A stretch of DNA of 64,000 bases from NCBI RefSeq assembly GCF_009914755.1, contig NC_060925.1. One strand, 5' to 3'. Shown here piece after piece: positions 12,321 to 27,319 of this stretch. How positions within the stretch are numbered: the stretch's first letter is position 1; each line of letters opens with the position of its first letter. The notes under the pieces are model-generated. The model saw only the letters and a list, made by a program, of their open reading frames with translations. It was not told where the DNA came from and did not search any database. The stretch is from the human T2T-CHM13v2.0 reference genome, Homo sapiens. A program made the position numbers and the translations under genes.

Positions 12321-14447
12321 ATTCCATGCCCCATCTTCCACCTTATCCCTGGAGGCTTGCCACAACACTGTCCCATTTTGGGTCCTTATAATCTCAACCA
12401 AACTGTTGCAGTAACTTTCTACCCTCCCAGCCGCTATTCCTGTTCCTTCTACCCCTCCTCCACACTGTCACCTGGGTAATCCTTCTAAAAAGTAAACACA
12501 TGATAAAGCGGAATGGCACCTAAGCATCTTAACATGGCGCATGACTGAAGTGCCTCTGCCCGCCCTCATCTCATGCCACCCTCCCACATACCCAAGAACT
12601 ACTCACAGTTGTAGAACACATCATGCTGCCACACACTCCTGGGTCTTTTTACACCCTGCACCCTGCCTGAACCCGTCTATCCTACCTTGCTCCCATGGCA
12701 AACCGTTCTGTGTCCTCCCAGGAGTATCACCTGCTCTGTGAAGCCTCCCAGGCTCCCTACTCTCCTCACAATGAGCTGCACACAAGTGACTGTACAGACC
12801 TTTAGTCCATCCCTCTCTCACATGGACTGCAACTATTTATCAGCATACCTGCCACCCTCATTTGACAAAGAGCAACACCTCGAGGGCCAAGAAAAAACCT
12901 TGTTCATTCTGAATCCCTTGGGCCTGGCATAGTGCTGGGCATGAAGCAAGGACCCAATAATTGCTTGTTGAATGAAAGCTCAATGTTGTTACCTACAGGA
13001 AAAGATACACCATAATTGATTCATTCCCATTACCCAAACTCATTGCTTCCCTTACTGCCCAGGAAATGAGCTTTTGGCCAAGCTTTAAAGCTAATGATTT
13101 GATTTTTCACCTAATAACTCCACCTAAAAACCAATTATTAAAGCATATTTAGTAATTCCATGTCTTCCCCACAACCCAATGAACTTTCCTCCTGCTTGCT
13201 AATTAAAACCCAATCCTCTAACATTCCCTGACATGACAAATGTCTTCCTGTGGGAATGAACAGAGCACTGGGCTCCAAGGGTCCCAATTCCTAGTAAACG
13301 TTTGTTGAAGGGGAACCATGAAGCACTTTACAGTCAAACAAATCCTGGGATGCTGAGATGCACCCTGGACTCTCCTGAATGCTCCTCCCTACTTGAACCA
13401 TGCACAACATTTGTATTTGAAATTCAGGTTATGCTACCAGACTTTTTTAAAGAGCAGAACATTACTCTATCTGCCAATTGCTGGGAGTTTTATTATAAGA
13501 ACTTACGGCTAGGCAACCACAGCCAAGTTTATTATTTTTTCTGGATCAGGTTCAACAACCTCATCCAAAACTACATGAAAAAAGCCAAAGAGGCAACCAG
13601 CCCTTTGTTTCCACACCTGTCTTTAAGCTTTAACTCTTAAAGTCCTCAGCGGATCCACGGAAGCCTCAAGGTTGATCTCCCAAGCCTGAGTGAAGTGTAC
13701 AAGTCCCAGCTAATGAGCACAGACACCATTTTCCTGGCACTGAGGTTCTTTGCTTTAGCACTTAGCACATCAGCTGACTCACCACCTGGCAGGTTGCATT
13801 GTAGCCTCTCTCTGGGCCTCCCCAACGTTGGTTTAGTCTTCAGTGGTGAGGAGAGGAACTTGCTGTGGATAGTGCCACACATCCCCATCCTCCTGCCTCC
13901 TTGACCCCTACCCCAAAAAGAATGCTCCCAGATGAAGTCTTGAGGAAACTTCAGGCCACCCTAGATCAAAAGTGGATATTAAGTCTCATCTTAAGTTTCA
14001 CCTCAACCTCCTTCAAGTCTATTCAAATGTTACCTTCTCAATGGGCCCATTTAAATTTACAACCCCACCACCCAGCCCCACTCTAGGAATTCTGATTTTC
14101 CCAAACTCACTTTACATTTTATTTCTACAGTACTTGTCACCTTCTAAAATGCCATATAATATGCTTATTGCCCAACTCCTTCCACTAGAAGGTTCCTTCA
14201 GAGGCTGGGATCTTAGTGTGCATTGTCCATGGGTATACCCCAAGTGTTGGGTACAAAAAAGATACTTGTTAAGTATTTGTTTGATAAATAAAACAAATCT
14301 TGATGTCCAATTAACTGGCAGTGCCTGCCTAAGGTTCTGTGCTGAGAAGGATTCTGAGGTCATATTCAGGAGCAGTGGAGAAATGGGAACAAATGCCATG
14401 AGCAACCACGTGTCTGCCAGGGGGTTAGCGAAGGCATCATTGCTCTA

Positions 14448-15065
<618 letters not shown>

Positions 15066-17349
15066 TCTAGAGCCTCCTCCAATTTGACCCTAAGAAAGGA
15101 ACATGTTTATGAACTGATCATGTCCATCCATCTGCTTCTTGGTCTGGTCTCAACATAAATCAATGTCAAGAAAACATCTCAAGCCCAACGCTTCCCAAAG
15201 TCTGATCCTCAGACAGAAGTACGTTAAAATGCAGACTCCAGGGTGGTGGGAGGTAGAAATGTAGGAAACTACATTATAATCCTCCCTCTACCACTCATGA
15301 TTCTGACGCATACTTGAGGAACATTGTTCTAGGCCATAGATATGAATATTATTTAAACTCCAATAATCTTTATAAAGCTCGAATGAGATTGTTTGAAGAA
15401 CGAGCAAGAATCTCTCCTCTGCACTGATGATAAAAAGCCAAGAGGGAGAGTGTAAAGCCAAGTCATGGATGGAGTCATCTCCTTGCACATCTCAAAAGGA
15501 AGAAATGGGCCTTGTGAAATAAGAGAAACCATAGCTCCCCAATGATAATGAAAAAGCCTGTTGAGATCTCAGAGGAAATCTGTTCCAGGAATCTCAAACG
15601 CACGCGTACACACACACACACATCCCCTACAACTCAGCTGTGGTCCATTTGGAACTTGAGTTATCAGCTGGGTGAGTGCCTGCTATTCAGGTTACAGGCC
15701 CTTGGGGCTGCTCTAACTCGCACATCCAACTGCACACATGTCCGTGACTTTGGCATTGGTGGAAGTTCAACACTTACACAATGAAAATAGACTCCTCCCC
15801 CTCTTCTGTCCTGCCCTACTCCCAGCTTTCAGTATTCCTCTTCCCTTTTCCTGACTCCTGCACAAACAAATCTCTTTTTGGAGTTGCCTGCTTAGGAAAA
15901 TAGAAAGAGCAAAACAAGGAAAACAAAGAAAGCAAAGAAAAACACACTGATATTTCAGAAACACCTGCCATGCCAAGAACTTGCTGGCTCAGTTCCAGGG
16001 GGAAAAGACACACGGTAAAGGAGAATAGGTATTCCTCAAGAATCTCAGTTGAGGTTTAAGTGGGATCTACAGATTGGCCCTAGAACTCATCACAGCCCCC
16101 ACACAGAAAGGCATTACAAAGATTATGCTTTTATGTATTTTGGACACACAAAGTCCAGCAAAAACAAACATACTGGAACAGCACTGAAATATTTACCTTC
16201 CAAATGAAGACTGAACCCTGCATTTTAAAAGAGGAAAATCACACGTTCTCCCTACCCAATTCCTGGGAGGACCCCACTTGCCTATTTCCTCTGAAGCCAT
16301 GTGATGTGAAATGCAATCCGAAACATGTTTTCTATTAACATATATCATGACTCAATGCCTTTTAAAAAAGCTTCATTTCAAAGAAATAATAACTTCCATG
16401 CCTGTGAACCTAGGTTCATAATTTGCAAAGCTACATATTCATGAGCCATGTGATGATGGTATCTGCCAATCATGCATTCATGAAACACAAATCCATGCAG
16501 CCATTTAAAAATTCTTGGGTGATTTTATTTAGTACCCCAAACCAGATTACTTTCTTCCAATAAAATGACTTAAAACATATTTGACTATTACTTTTTCTCA
16601 AAACATTCATGATGATCATCCTGTTCTTAATTTTTGCTGAAATATAAAAAAAACCTAAATGACTGAAACCGCCCCATGTTCTTAACACCCTGCATGTTTA
16701 CACACGTCCAAGAGGAAAGCTCTGAGATGCTGCCCTCCAAACACAAACATGCACAAACTTGAACATGAGCCAGTACAAAAGCAATACTCTCATCTCCCAT
16801 GGAAACGTTATCAGAACAACAGTACATGTGAGTGTGTATATACACAAAGAGAAGCAAAAGATGTCTTTCCATCTAAAAAACAAACTAAGTCCCCACAAGT
16901 TACCAAACTGATGAAGCACAAGCTGCTTTCTAATATAGTTTTCCAAAGTAGAGTCCCAGGCCACACAGGAATCCTGTCCAGCTTTACAAAAAATTCTTCA
17001 GACTCCTAACTTTACCCTTCCTCATCTGCCAATGTTAGCCTGATGGAAGAGCTTACCCCCAAATTCAAAGTGCATTTCAATCTAAATGATGTTTTTCACG
17101 AAAAAAAATAAAATGTTGGTATCATTACTATTACTTGCCATATTCCTTTATCTAATTTTGTCCTCCAAATGTGCTCCTGGAGAACCCCACAGGAGGGAAG
17201 ACTCTCTTTTTTTTTCTTCTAAGTTACATCCAATCAGCCAAGTCAAGTTCAAGAGCAAAAACTGATTTTTACAAATGCCTGGCTCCAAACATGTTCCTAG
17301 AATTCTCTTTATAGAGTTTTTTTTTTCATCAAGGCTGATAATCTCAACT

Positions 17350-17480
17350 CCATTTTACAGAGAAGGAAATTGAAGCTGACAGAAGCTAAAGGATCTACCC
17401 AAGGCACACAGCTGGCAGACAACAGGGTTGACAATAGAACCAAAGACCTGGTTTCTCACTCTAGAGCTCTTTCTATTCCA
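17350..17480 (-). mobile_element. MIR fragment
   Basis: ccattttacagagaaggaaattgaagct...cccaaggcacacagct. Confidence 0.7.
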
Positions 17481-18189
17481 TCGCTGTGGAAGAGTCAGCT
17501 ACCAGGCTCAGAAATCAGTAGTGTAGGGTAGACACGCACATCCCTCAGCCTCATGTTAATAAAACACTAGGAAATATGATATTAATCACAAAAGCTCAGG
17601 CTGCACACTTCCTAAGTGCATGTCACATGGATTCTGAATCCTCATATCTGATAGTGGAAACAACTGGGGCTCTGAGCAATTAGATAAAGTGCCAGATTAC
17701 ACACCTTTAGCAAGAAATGAGTGCAGATTCAAACTGTCTGCTGGACTCCAAAAATGATGCTCTTTCCACTGTGGGAAGGTGGACACTCTGCCTGGAAAGG
17801 TCATCTCCCGTTGGTGAGGGAACTGACTGGCTCACAGGTCAGCAAAGACCTGGGTGTCTTAGGGCAAGCTTTCTACCAAGTCTGGGTAGGCAAATACAGA
17901 GGAACATTCTCCAGGCTTAGAGGAGAGTGAAAAGGAAAAGCAGTGAGGCAAAGCAGGGGGCTCCCACCCTTCACTGCTGCTTGCAGAGATTCTCCTGGTG
18001 GGTTATTTCCCTCTCTGTCCCCTCTTCCCCAGCAATCTCAGGAGCTGTGCTGGTCAGAGTGGAGAGGAACGGAATGGAAGGGACAGACAGAAATAGAAAT
18101 GAAACAGTTAAAGCAACGAAATAATTACTTGGCTAGAAGTCAAGTTAGAGTAAACAACAACAAATTGCTCAAGGATCTTAAAAATTTCT

Positions 18190-18590
18190 GTGATGGTCAG
18201 TTTTATATGTCAACGTATCTAGGCCATCTTCCCCAGCTATGCAATCAAACACTCATCTACACGTTACTGTGAGGTATTTTGTAGACGCAATTAAACTCCA
18301 TAATCAGGTGGCACTAAGGAAGGGAGATTGTATCAGATAATCTGGGTGGGCCTGATTCAATCCATTGAAAGCCATTAAGAGCACACCCAAGGCTTCCCTG
18401 AGGAAGAAAAAATTCCACCTGTGGACAGCGGCTTCCGCTCATGCCTGAGCTGCCCTTCCTGAAGGCCTCCCTGCGGACTTTGATTGCCCTGCCTGTCCCC
18501 ACAATGGCATAAGCCAATTCTTTGTAATAAATCTCTTCATATATATATCCCCGACTGGTTCTGTTTCTCTAGATAAATGCTGACTGATAG
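18190..18590 (+). mobile_element. MLT2-family (ERVL) solo LTR
   Basis: tgtgatggtcagttttatatgtcaac...ggtgggcctgattcaatccattgaa...ctggttctgtttctct...ctgactgata. Confidence 0.85.
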
Positions 18591-19307
18591 CTCCTGGGAA
18601 TGGCTGGTGCAAGCCCTAGGAGAAACAGAGCTGCATATTCTGGCCCAGGAACCACAGACCTAACAACAGTTTGGGAAAAAAAGTTCTAAAGGGTATTTCC
18701 TTGGAGGGCAAGAATGGAGGTGAGGCCTCTAGCCCGAAATAACTGTGGTTGGAGCCTCCTTGAGCTTCCTAAAATTAGCTCTGAAGCAAAGGCAGAGCCC
18801 TCTTAAGCAGGCCACACCCATTTTGCAGTCTACATTGAAGTCTCTGAAGATGATCAAGGTGGTCTCCTAGGTCAAAGCAAAGAAGGTTGAACTGCACATA
18901 TTTAGCATCAATTAACAAACGGTCCCCACAGGGTTCAGGATAGATGTAGATATTAGGGCATCCTGGTGGAGCTGATCCAGAAACGCTCCAACTGGGACCC
19001 CAGAGGGAAAGCTCTTGGGAAAGGGGTCAAGAAACAGTTTTAAAATCTTTATTCAAGTGAAATACTGATATGATCTAGATCCCAGTACTGAAATAAGTCA
19101 TGCATAAAACACTTTGCTGAAACAAGAAGTTTGCTCACCTGATGCGATGCCCTGATTTGGCTCTATAGGTTCAATTCTGAAGCCCTGTTCTTGGAACAGT
19201 CATGAGTGGCTCCAGACTGGAGGCCAGAGTTAGAGATAAAATCATAGTCATGCCCTCGAGTCAGCAGTGTGACTGTTCCCAATGAGGTCCCCATTTACCA
19301 TTCTGGA

Positions 19308-19310
<3 letters not shown>

Positions 19311-19338
<28 letters not shown>

Positions 19339-19560
19339 GCTAACATTTACTGAGTACTTACTAAGCACTGTCCCTGGGTTAGAGCCCCCGTTTACTAGCT
19401 ATGGGACCAGGTACATGTTAACCTCTTTGTCTCAGTTTCCTCATCTTAAAACAAAGACAACAAAAGCACCTACTTCACAGGCTTATTATGAAGACTAAGC
19501 TCATACATGTAAGTACTCAGAAGAGTACCTCACACACGGCACACACTAGAAGTGCTTGTT
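19311..19560. mobile_element. (TAT)n microsatellite plus MIR fragments
   Basis: (tat)9, then gctaacatttactgagtacttact and ctcagtttcctcatctt. Confidence 0.7.
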
Positions 19561-22519
19561 AAACATACACATATGTGTGTATGTATCCTCACATTGGGCC
19601 ATGAGATTTGTCTGACAGATGCTGAGGTTGACAGGCCACGAGTCATTCCTCACTACGGCAGGACCATAGCCTTCTTATACAAACTGCAAGAAAAGGATAT
19701 AAAAACCCTGTTTTAATGGATTGGGGCAGGCTTGGCTCCAAACAGCAGCTCTGAACATCACTCTGCCATCTGTATCACCCAGAACCAATAGAATCTCAAG
19801 AACAGGCTCTCTGTGATAAAGATGGAAAGGCCAGAGATCAAATGGACTGTGAGACTTTTGCTAGAGGTGGCAGACGGATGACCCCCTGACTTCCAGGTAT
19901 ACACTGTGTCATTCACCACCTCAGTGGGACAAGGCAGAGGCAAACCAATGGTGACTCCCTAGCACAGTGGCATTAAGGACCCACAGTTGCAACAAAGACC
20001 CTGGGTCATCTAAGGATACAGTGTTAGGAACAAAAGGCAAAAGCAGATCTTGAGAAAAGCAAATTCTATCCTAGACACAGAAATTAGAAGGCTAAAGGGA
20101 CTCCTTCCTCCCCTGCGAAATCAGAAGTAGCTTCCAAGCTAGAGTTAGATAATGTGGACTCGAGGTGCAAGAACCAATTTGCCTCAAATAAACCCAACAA
20201 CCTGTGTCCAGGAAGGAGTTGGACCATCCTGGAGTTGCTTTCTGAGATGGAGAGTGTAGGTCACCTGTGGAGAACCCTTACCAAAGGCATCACTGTCTAT
20301 AATTTATGAGCGGAACAAGGCACAGCCACAGCCTTCAAGTCAGCCTCCCAGAGTCTCCTGGTAGACAGTTGGGGTTTCTTTCCCCTCCTATTACATGGAA
20401 ATAAAATATTCTGCAACCTTCCTTAACAAAACAGTCACTTTTTCTACCGAACAGCTCTCTGGAGGCTGGCCACCACGTCAACAAAGGGCACCAGAGATGT
20501 GACATTTGATACAATTGCCCAACACTTGGGAAGGGCAGATGCATCTGATTACCAGATTAGCCTTAGACAATAAAGCCTTAAAAGACGTTATGGGACTCCA
20601 CACGAAGAAACACCAACCTTGCCTCCTCAGTGAAAGTGAGTTTATTTGACCTCAATTTGTTGAATGAAAGCAAAGCCTTCACAGGGCTGCAACCCATGCC
20701 TGCACACAGACATGACGCAAGTCCAGCCAGAGCCAGGAAAACTCTACACTTGCGTGAACCCTCCTGGACAGTAGGTCTTCCTCAGGAAAAATACACCCAG
20801 GCAAATCTCCCAGGGGCCACGGGCCATTCACTCACTCACAACATTCACCAGCCTTAACCTAGCAAGTTAGAATAAATCCCAGGGAGTCTTTCAAAAACCC
20901 CTTCTGGACCAGGTTTACCAGTTGAAACTGGGCTCTTTCCAATGTTCTAATTGCCATAGTGACATTTAGGAAGAGCTCAATGGCCACAATAGGGCCAAAA
21001 ACTCCTATTCCTAGGAAACAGGAATGACTTGTTTGAACTAGGGTAGTTGACTGACCCTAGTTCATGAGAGGATCAAGACCCATATAATTAAGGCCCTTAA
21101 GGACAAGCCACAAAACCAACAGATGAGCAGACTCCGGAATAAAAATGCATGGTACACAACCACTTGGAATATCCCACAGGACACAATGAGTCATTCCACA
21201 AGAGACATTTAAAAAAAGAAGAAGAACCACCAGCAATCTTGAAACATTTAGTTATTTAATCTCCCTTCAAGAGAGAATTTATCTGGGGAAAGACCTCACT
21301 GCAAAACACAAACTGGTATATCCGGGTCCCTGGAATACAGGGGTAATGCTTCTGGCCGAGCCAAGAGCTGTGTTTGTGTCTGCAACCTTGACCCATTTGC
21401 CACATGCTGTTCTCCAGAGCCAACCTCATGCAGGAAGCTGCCTTGATTGCATTTGGAAGAAGAGAATTCTCATTTTCTCCAATTTCTACTATTCTCATCT
21501 TCTCCAATTTTCACTATTATTTAGCGTAATAGTACTTAGCACACTAAACTGCAATTCCCAATTTTTCAATCAGCTCTCCCACACAATGGGAAGCTCCCTG
21601 ACGACAGGCAATTCACCCCAGTTTTCCCTAGATCCTCCACAGCTAGCACAGTTCACAGTCAGGCACTAAAAACTGTGTGTTGGATGAATGAACAAGCACA
21701 TACATAAACCATCATACCCGGTATGCTAATTCTGTGTTTTTTTCTAAACATGGGGGTGGGGGAACTGCCAAAGAAGGGAAAGAAGGAAATTAGCAAAGAA
21801 AAAAATTATTTCCAGATTTTTAAATGTAACACAATAGAATACAGAATTTTTTTTAAAAAAAGTTCCCTTCTCCACAAGCAAACTTGAATGTCTGAGTTAT
21901 TCTTAGGGCGTTTTTGGACAGACACTACAACCCTCAGTTACACATCACTTGGCTTCATGAAAAGGTAACAGCTGGACATGCACGGTGGTATGGGCTGTGC
22001 GTGTCCCTTCCTAGTGCTGCACTGAGCACACATCTGGGGCTATTTAGCAACTGATTGGAAATTTAGCCTTCTGATTTCCAGTTAAATACTAGGCACAGGA
22101 AAACAAATAGCACTTGTTTTTCACTGAGTCTTGTCAGTCATCCAAACTCCAGTGCAGACCAGAGAACTGCCTGTGGTTTGGTGGCAGAGGCCCAAAATAT
22201 TTGGACCTTTTTTTTTTTAATGCCTCTAGTTTAAGTAAAAGGAATAAACTAGATGTTGGCAGCTCCAGCTTCTTCACCCATCCCTCCCCGCTTCTTGAAA
22301 ATACAAAACTGGTTTTAAATTTATTAATTTACATTTTTCATTAGGATTAAGTTTTGATTTGTTTTTAATCCAAAGCTAATAGCATAGAGTTTAGTTTCTG
22401 TCATTTATTGCAACTGCCCTGCCTTGATATTTACTTGGATTTGCTGAAGAGGCAATGCTCAATTTGCCAGTTTCTGTTCCAAATTAAATTGGGATATAAC
22501 ATCTAGCAGTCGTACTATC

Positions 22520-22705
22520 AAAGAATCACAGAGTTTAAAAGCTGGGAGGAACTTTAGAGATGAGCTAGTACGATCCCCTCATTTTAGAAATGAGGAAACG
22601 AGGTCTGAGTAGTTAAGTGATTTTTTTTCCCGATGATGTATATAACTAGTTAGTGGCAGAGCCAAGACTAGTACTCAGGCCTCCTAACACCCAGGCCAGG
22701 GTGTT
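22520..22705 (-). mobile_element. MIR
   Basis: gaatcacagagttt...cctcattttagaaatgaggaaacgagg...agttagtggcagagcc. Confidence 0.75.
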
Positions 22706-22737
22706 AACTGGAAACAAAAACCTGAATTACCTCCGAG

Positions 22738-22925
22738 TAGAGCTGCCCAATAAAGTACAGGACACCCAGTTAAAGTTGAATTTCAGGTAAACAATGAATA
22801 CTTTTTCAGTATATGTTATGTCCCATATACTACATGGGCACACTAACAAAATGATTTGTTATTTATCTGAAATTCAACTTTAATTGGGCATCCTCTATTT
22901 TTATATGCCAGCTCCAGCAATTGTA
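22738..22925. mobile_element. MER53 palindromic hAT MITE
   Basis: aggacacccagttaaagttgaatttcaggtaaacaa pairs with ttatttatctgaaattcaactttaattgggcatcct. Confidence 0.85.
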
Positions 22926-23325
22926 CCTCAAAGACCAAAATCCCCTTCTATGCCCCATCCCCCACTCAAACATACACACATTCACATACATTTGCTCTCT
23001 GATTTTAATGATAAATGGCTAGAAAAAAATAGATCACAGCACAGTAATATCGAGAGTGAATGAGGTTGGAAGAAGCTGCTTATTTCTTGAAACTTCTAAT
23101 CTTAGATACCCTTTTTTCCTTATGAGCATGCAAAGTGACTAAGCCTGACATAAGTAAGCTGGCCAAGGCCTCTGGACTAGGTATTTTAGGTTATTAAAAG
23201 CCAGGCACTAGGGTCTCATCTTGAAAACGTCTGCTTGTCCTAGGGCTCCAAGTCTACAGACCTTGCAGGAGAGAATGCTCAAGTTTGGAATACAAATAAA
23301 GCAAGATTAAAAAAAAAAAATTAGA

Positions 23326-23640
23326 GGCCGGGCATAGTGGCTCACACCTGTAATCCCAGTACTTTGGGAGGCCAAGGCAGGTGGACGGCTTCAGCCCAAG
23401 AGTTTAAGACCAGCCTGGGCAACAAAGTGAAACCCCATCTTTACAAAAAAAAAAGTCAAAAATTAGCTGGGTGTGGGGGTACATGCCTGTAATCCCAGCT
23501 ACTCGGGAGGCTGAGGTGAGAGGATGGTTTGAGCCCAGGCAGCAGAGGTTACAGTGAGCCGAGATCATGCCACTGAACTCTAGCTTGGGCTACAGAGCCA
23601 GACCCTCTCTCAAAAAAAAAAAGAAAAAAAGAAAAAAAAA
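23326..23640 (+). mobile_element. Alu (old, J/S)
   Basis: Full dimer with A-rich tail. Confidence 0.92.
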
Positions 23641-23688
23641 TCAGGTACATGGAATAAAGTAAAAAGATACATTTAAAAACCTAGTCCC

Positions 23689-24001
<313 letters not shown>

Positions 24002-24009
24002 GTGCTGCA

Positions 24010-24745
24010 GCAAGTTTTTACTAGTTTTATGAAATACAGTCCACATACCATAATATTCAGCCTTTTAAACTGTACAATTCAGTGTTTCTGTGTGTATTCA
24101 CAAGGTGTGGTATATTCACCACTATGTAATTATAGAACATTTTTGTCACCTCCCAAAAGAAATCTCGTATCATTAGTAGTCATTCCCCATTTTCCCCTCC
24201 CATCAGCCCCTGGCAATTACTAATCTACTTTCTGTTTCTATAGATTTGCCCATTCTGGACATTTTATATAAATTGGAATCATACAACTTGTGACAATTAG
24301 CATCTGGCTTCTTTCACTTAGTATAATGTTTTCAAGACCCATCTATGTTGTGGTATGTATCAGAACTTCAATCCTTTTTATGGCTAATATTCCATTATAT
24401 GGATATAGCACTGTTTTCATCCACTCATCTGTTGGTAGACATTTGGGTTGTTTCCACTTTTTGGTTACTGTGAATAATGATGCTTTGGACATTTGTGGAC
24501 AAGTTCTTGGGGACATGTGTTTTGCTCAGTTTTCCACAGAACCATTTTACATTCCCACCAGCAATGTATGCGTGTTCCAATTTCCCTACAGCTTTCACAA
24601 CCCTTGTTATCGCCTTTTTTATTAAAGCCATCCTAGTGTGAAGTGGCATCTCACTGTGGTTTTCATTAGCATGTCCCTAATGACTCATGATATTGAGCAT
24701 CTTTTCATGTGTTTTTTGGCCATTTGTGTCTTTTCTCTAGAAACC
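24010..24745 (-). mobile_element. L1M (L1MB-like) 3' region
   Basis: cagcccctggcaattactaatctactttctgtttctatagatttgcc...ttttacattcccaccagcaatgtatg...ttgagcatcttttcatgtg. Confidence 0.85.
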
Positions 24746-26959
24746 GTGTATTTAAATTGTAGTATGTCCTTAAAGACAACTTCATACTGTGGCTCTCATT
24801 TTAGCAAATTCAGGTTGAAGGTTCAGGCATCATCACCCAGTTAAGTTATCTTACTTTTTTTTTCAGTGTAGAAATGAATGCATAAATAAAAACAGGCTTA
24901 TGTGATCCTTCTAAGAGATTATTTGCAGTTTCAACATGGCACACTGAGAGGGTAAGATGATTTTTATTTCTGATTGTTCTCTGGGCCACCCATACACCCT
25001 GCAAAAGGAAAACTATAAGATTATTACAACTTCATCACGTGTGTGTGTGACTCACACTCAAAGATTCACTACTTGAAACTCAGCCTGAAAGCATCACTCT
25101 TCATCCCACTCATATTTCCTAGGTAACCAGAATAACCAGATAAAGGAGCTGCACCTGCAGAGAAAACCAAATCCCACTTTCTCCCTGCCTGACACGTTCC
25201 CTTCTTGCCTGTGCTGTGAGGGGGTGAGAAGGACTGAAATGATTTGACAGAAAAAGACAGATGCCTTTATTACTAGTATTAAAGTATGTTTTCAGTCACC
25301 CTCAAGGGTGGCTGCGATGTCCTGGGTAACATAAGGCCCTCCTAACTAATTATGAAAGTTTTCCTTTTTTAATTTGGGCAGTCATAACAACACAGACATG
25401 TCCATTTAAATAAAAAGGTCACCCTGATAAATGAGTAGATGCTATTACTTGAACTTTTCTCATTGCCCTATTTAAAAAAAAACAGTTAAAAGTTCTGTAA
25501 CTCTACGTACACAGTAGACAGCTCTGAGACAGAAATGCAAACCATCCAGCAGCATATCAGGAAACAGGCAAGGATACATGCATCGTGGACTGAGAGTCAA
25601 GAGACCCATTCGCTTTCCACAGCTCCTTTAGGCTCCCTGGGTAACCTCGGAGAAGACAGTGATGAAAACGGTGAAGCCTGAATTTCCAGAGATCCCGTGG
25701 GCCCTCTGAAGTGTTTGATGAACACTTTATATAAAATAATTTAGTTATCTTATCCCCAAACTTTAACTCTTAACTATACAAATGGATAAAGAGAACACAC
25801 TACTGGATTTCTATTGATCACCAGACCCTCTGTGGCAAAGGCTATCAAGGAGATGAGGAGAAACTAAAATTCATTTCAGGCCACAGAGAGGAAGGGAAAA
25901 GCCTGCCCAAGGAGAGTGGCCCAGCTTGTGCAAGGACTTGCATCACTCGTTGTCTGCTGATGTGAGAACGTGAATGAACAACAGATGTTCCATCGTCTCT
26001 TCCAGGCCAAGAAGAAATGTGCAGACGGGAAAAAAACCGTTTTCCCTAAAGGAAGCCTGCTGGACAACAAAGCAGAGTTCAGGTGTCCTGGAATTTAAAT
26101 CCTTGACTTCTCCTGATGCTGCCTCCCACGTGTTGGTAATTTTAGGCTCATTACTTGATCTGCAATCTCCTTACATGGGATTGATCCAAATGGGGCTGAC
26201 GTTCAATTGTTTACTAAAGCGGCCACCTTCTTTCATTGTTAGTGTCTAAACTGATGACCAAGAAGCAGTTTTTACAGATTTTAAGCAAAATTAAAGCAAA
26301 TTAATAACTAAGAGTAAGACACTTTCCGTCAAAACCCATGAACTGGCAGACTGAAGAAAGAATCCAGGCAGCGATAAGTACAACTATGACATACGTAGCC
26401 CACACTTTCATCTGGACCTATAGCCCAGAGAAACAGAACCCCTTTTGATCTGGGGCCAGCCAAACTAGATATTTCATAAATACAGATGCAAATTCAACAC
26501 CCGTCCCACATGCTCTTTACTGTGACTAGAAATAAATAAGAGCAGCAACAGCAGGTGATGTCTATAAACATTTTATATGTGATCTCACTTACTCAAGATA
26601 ACAGCCCTATGATGCAGGGCCTGAGAAAAATCCTGCTTAGAGAAATTAATTTGCCCAAGGTCACTGCTTGGATCTAAACCAGGACATGCACTGCCTTTGC
26701 TCATAATGCCTCCATAACCTGCCCACTGTGGTAGCCACTAGCCTCACATAGCTACTAAGCACCTGAAATGTGGCTAAGCAGGACTGAAGAACTGTAATTT
26801 AAGTAGCCACGCACAGCTATTTCCTATAGTATTGGACAGTATAGCTCTACAGTATGAGGGCTAAATGTGCATATGACTTTATGATCAGAGCCATTAGTAT
26901 TACTATCACAAGTAACTTTAATTAGAGGAGACTGACAGTGATTATGAGTACGAAGGCAG

Positions 26960-27200
26960 ACAGTTTAGCATAACAGCTTGTAGAATGGGTCCCATCTAGG
27001 TTTGAGTACCAACTCTGCAAGTAACTAGCCATGTGATTTGGCCCACTACTTAACTTCTCTAAATCTTAGTTCTTCATCTATAAGAAAGGATCTACACTAT
27101 GGTACTGTAGAAGGCTATCGTGAGAATTAAAGTATTAGAGCATTTAGTGACCTGAAATATCCTAAGTGCTAAATAAATGTGCTAGTAATAACAACTAAAT
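26960..27200 (+). mobile_element. MIR
   Basis: ctaggtttgagtacc...acttaacttctctaaatcttagttcttcatctataa. Confidence 0.7.
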
Positions 27201-27319
27201 AATTACTGATTTTTGATTTTTGGCCTTTTTAATATAGAATAAGAGTTGCAATTCCCAGAAAAGGCTACAATAAAGTTATTGTAATGCCCACCTTGTAAAT
27301 ATACCTTTTGAGTTTAAAT

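Noticed and set aside
13695-13904. Small ORF with a signal-peptide-like hydrophobic stretch
   Set aside because: GTG start, antisense, no supporting transcript structure.
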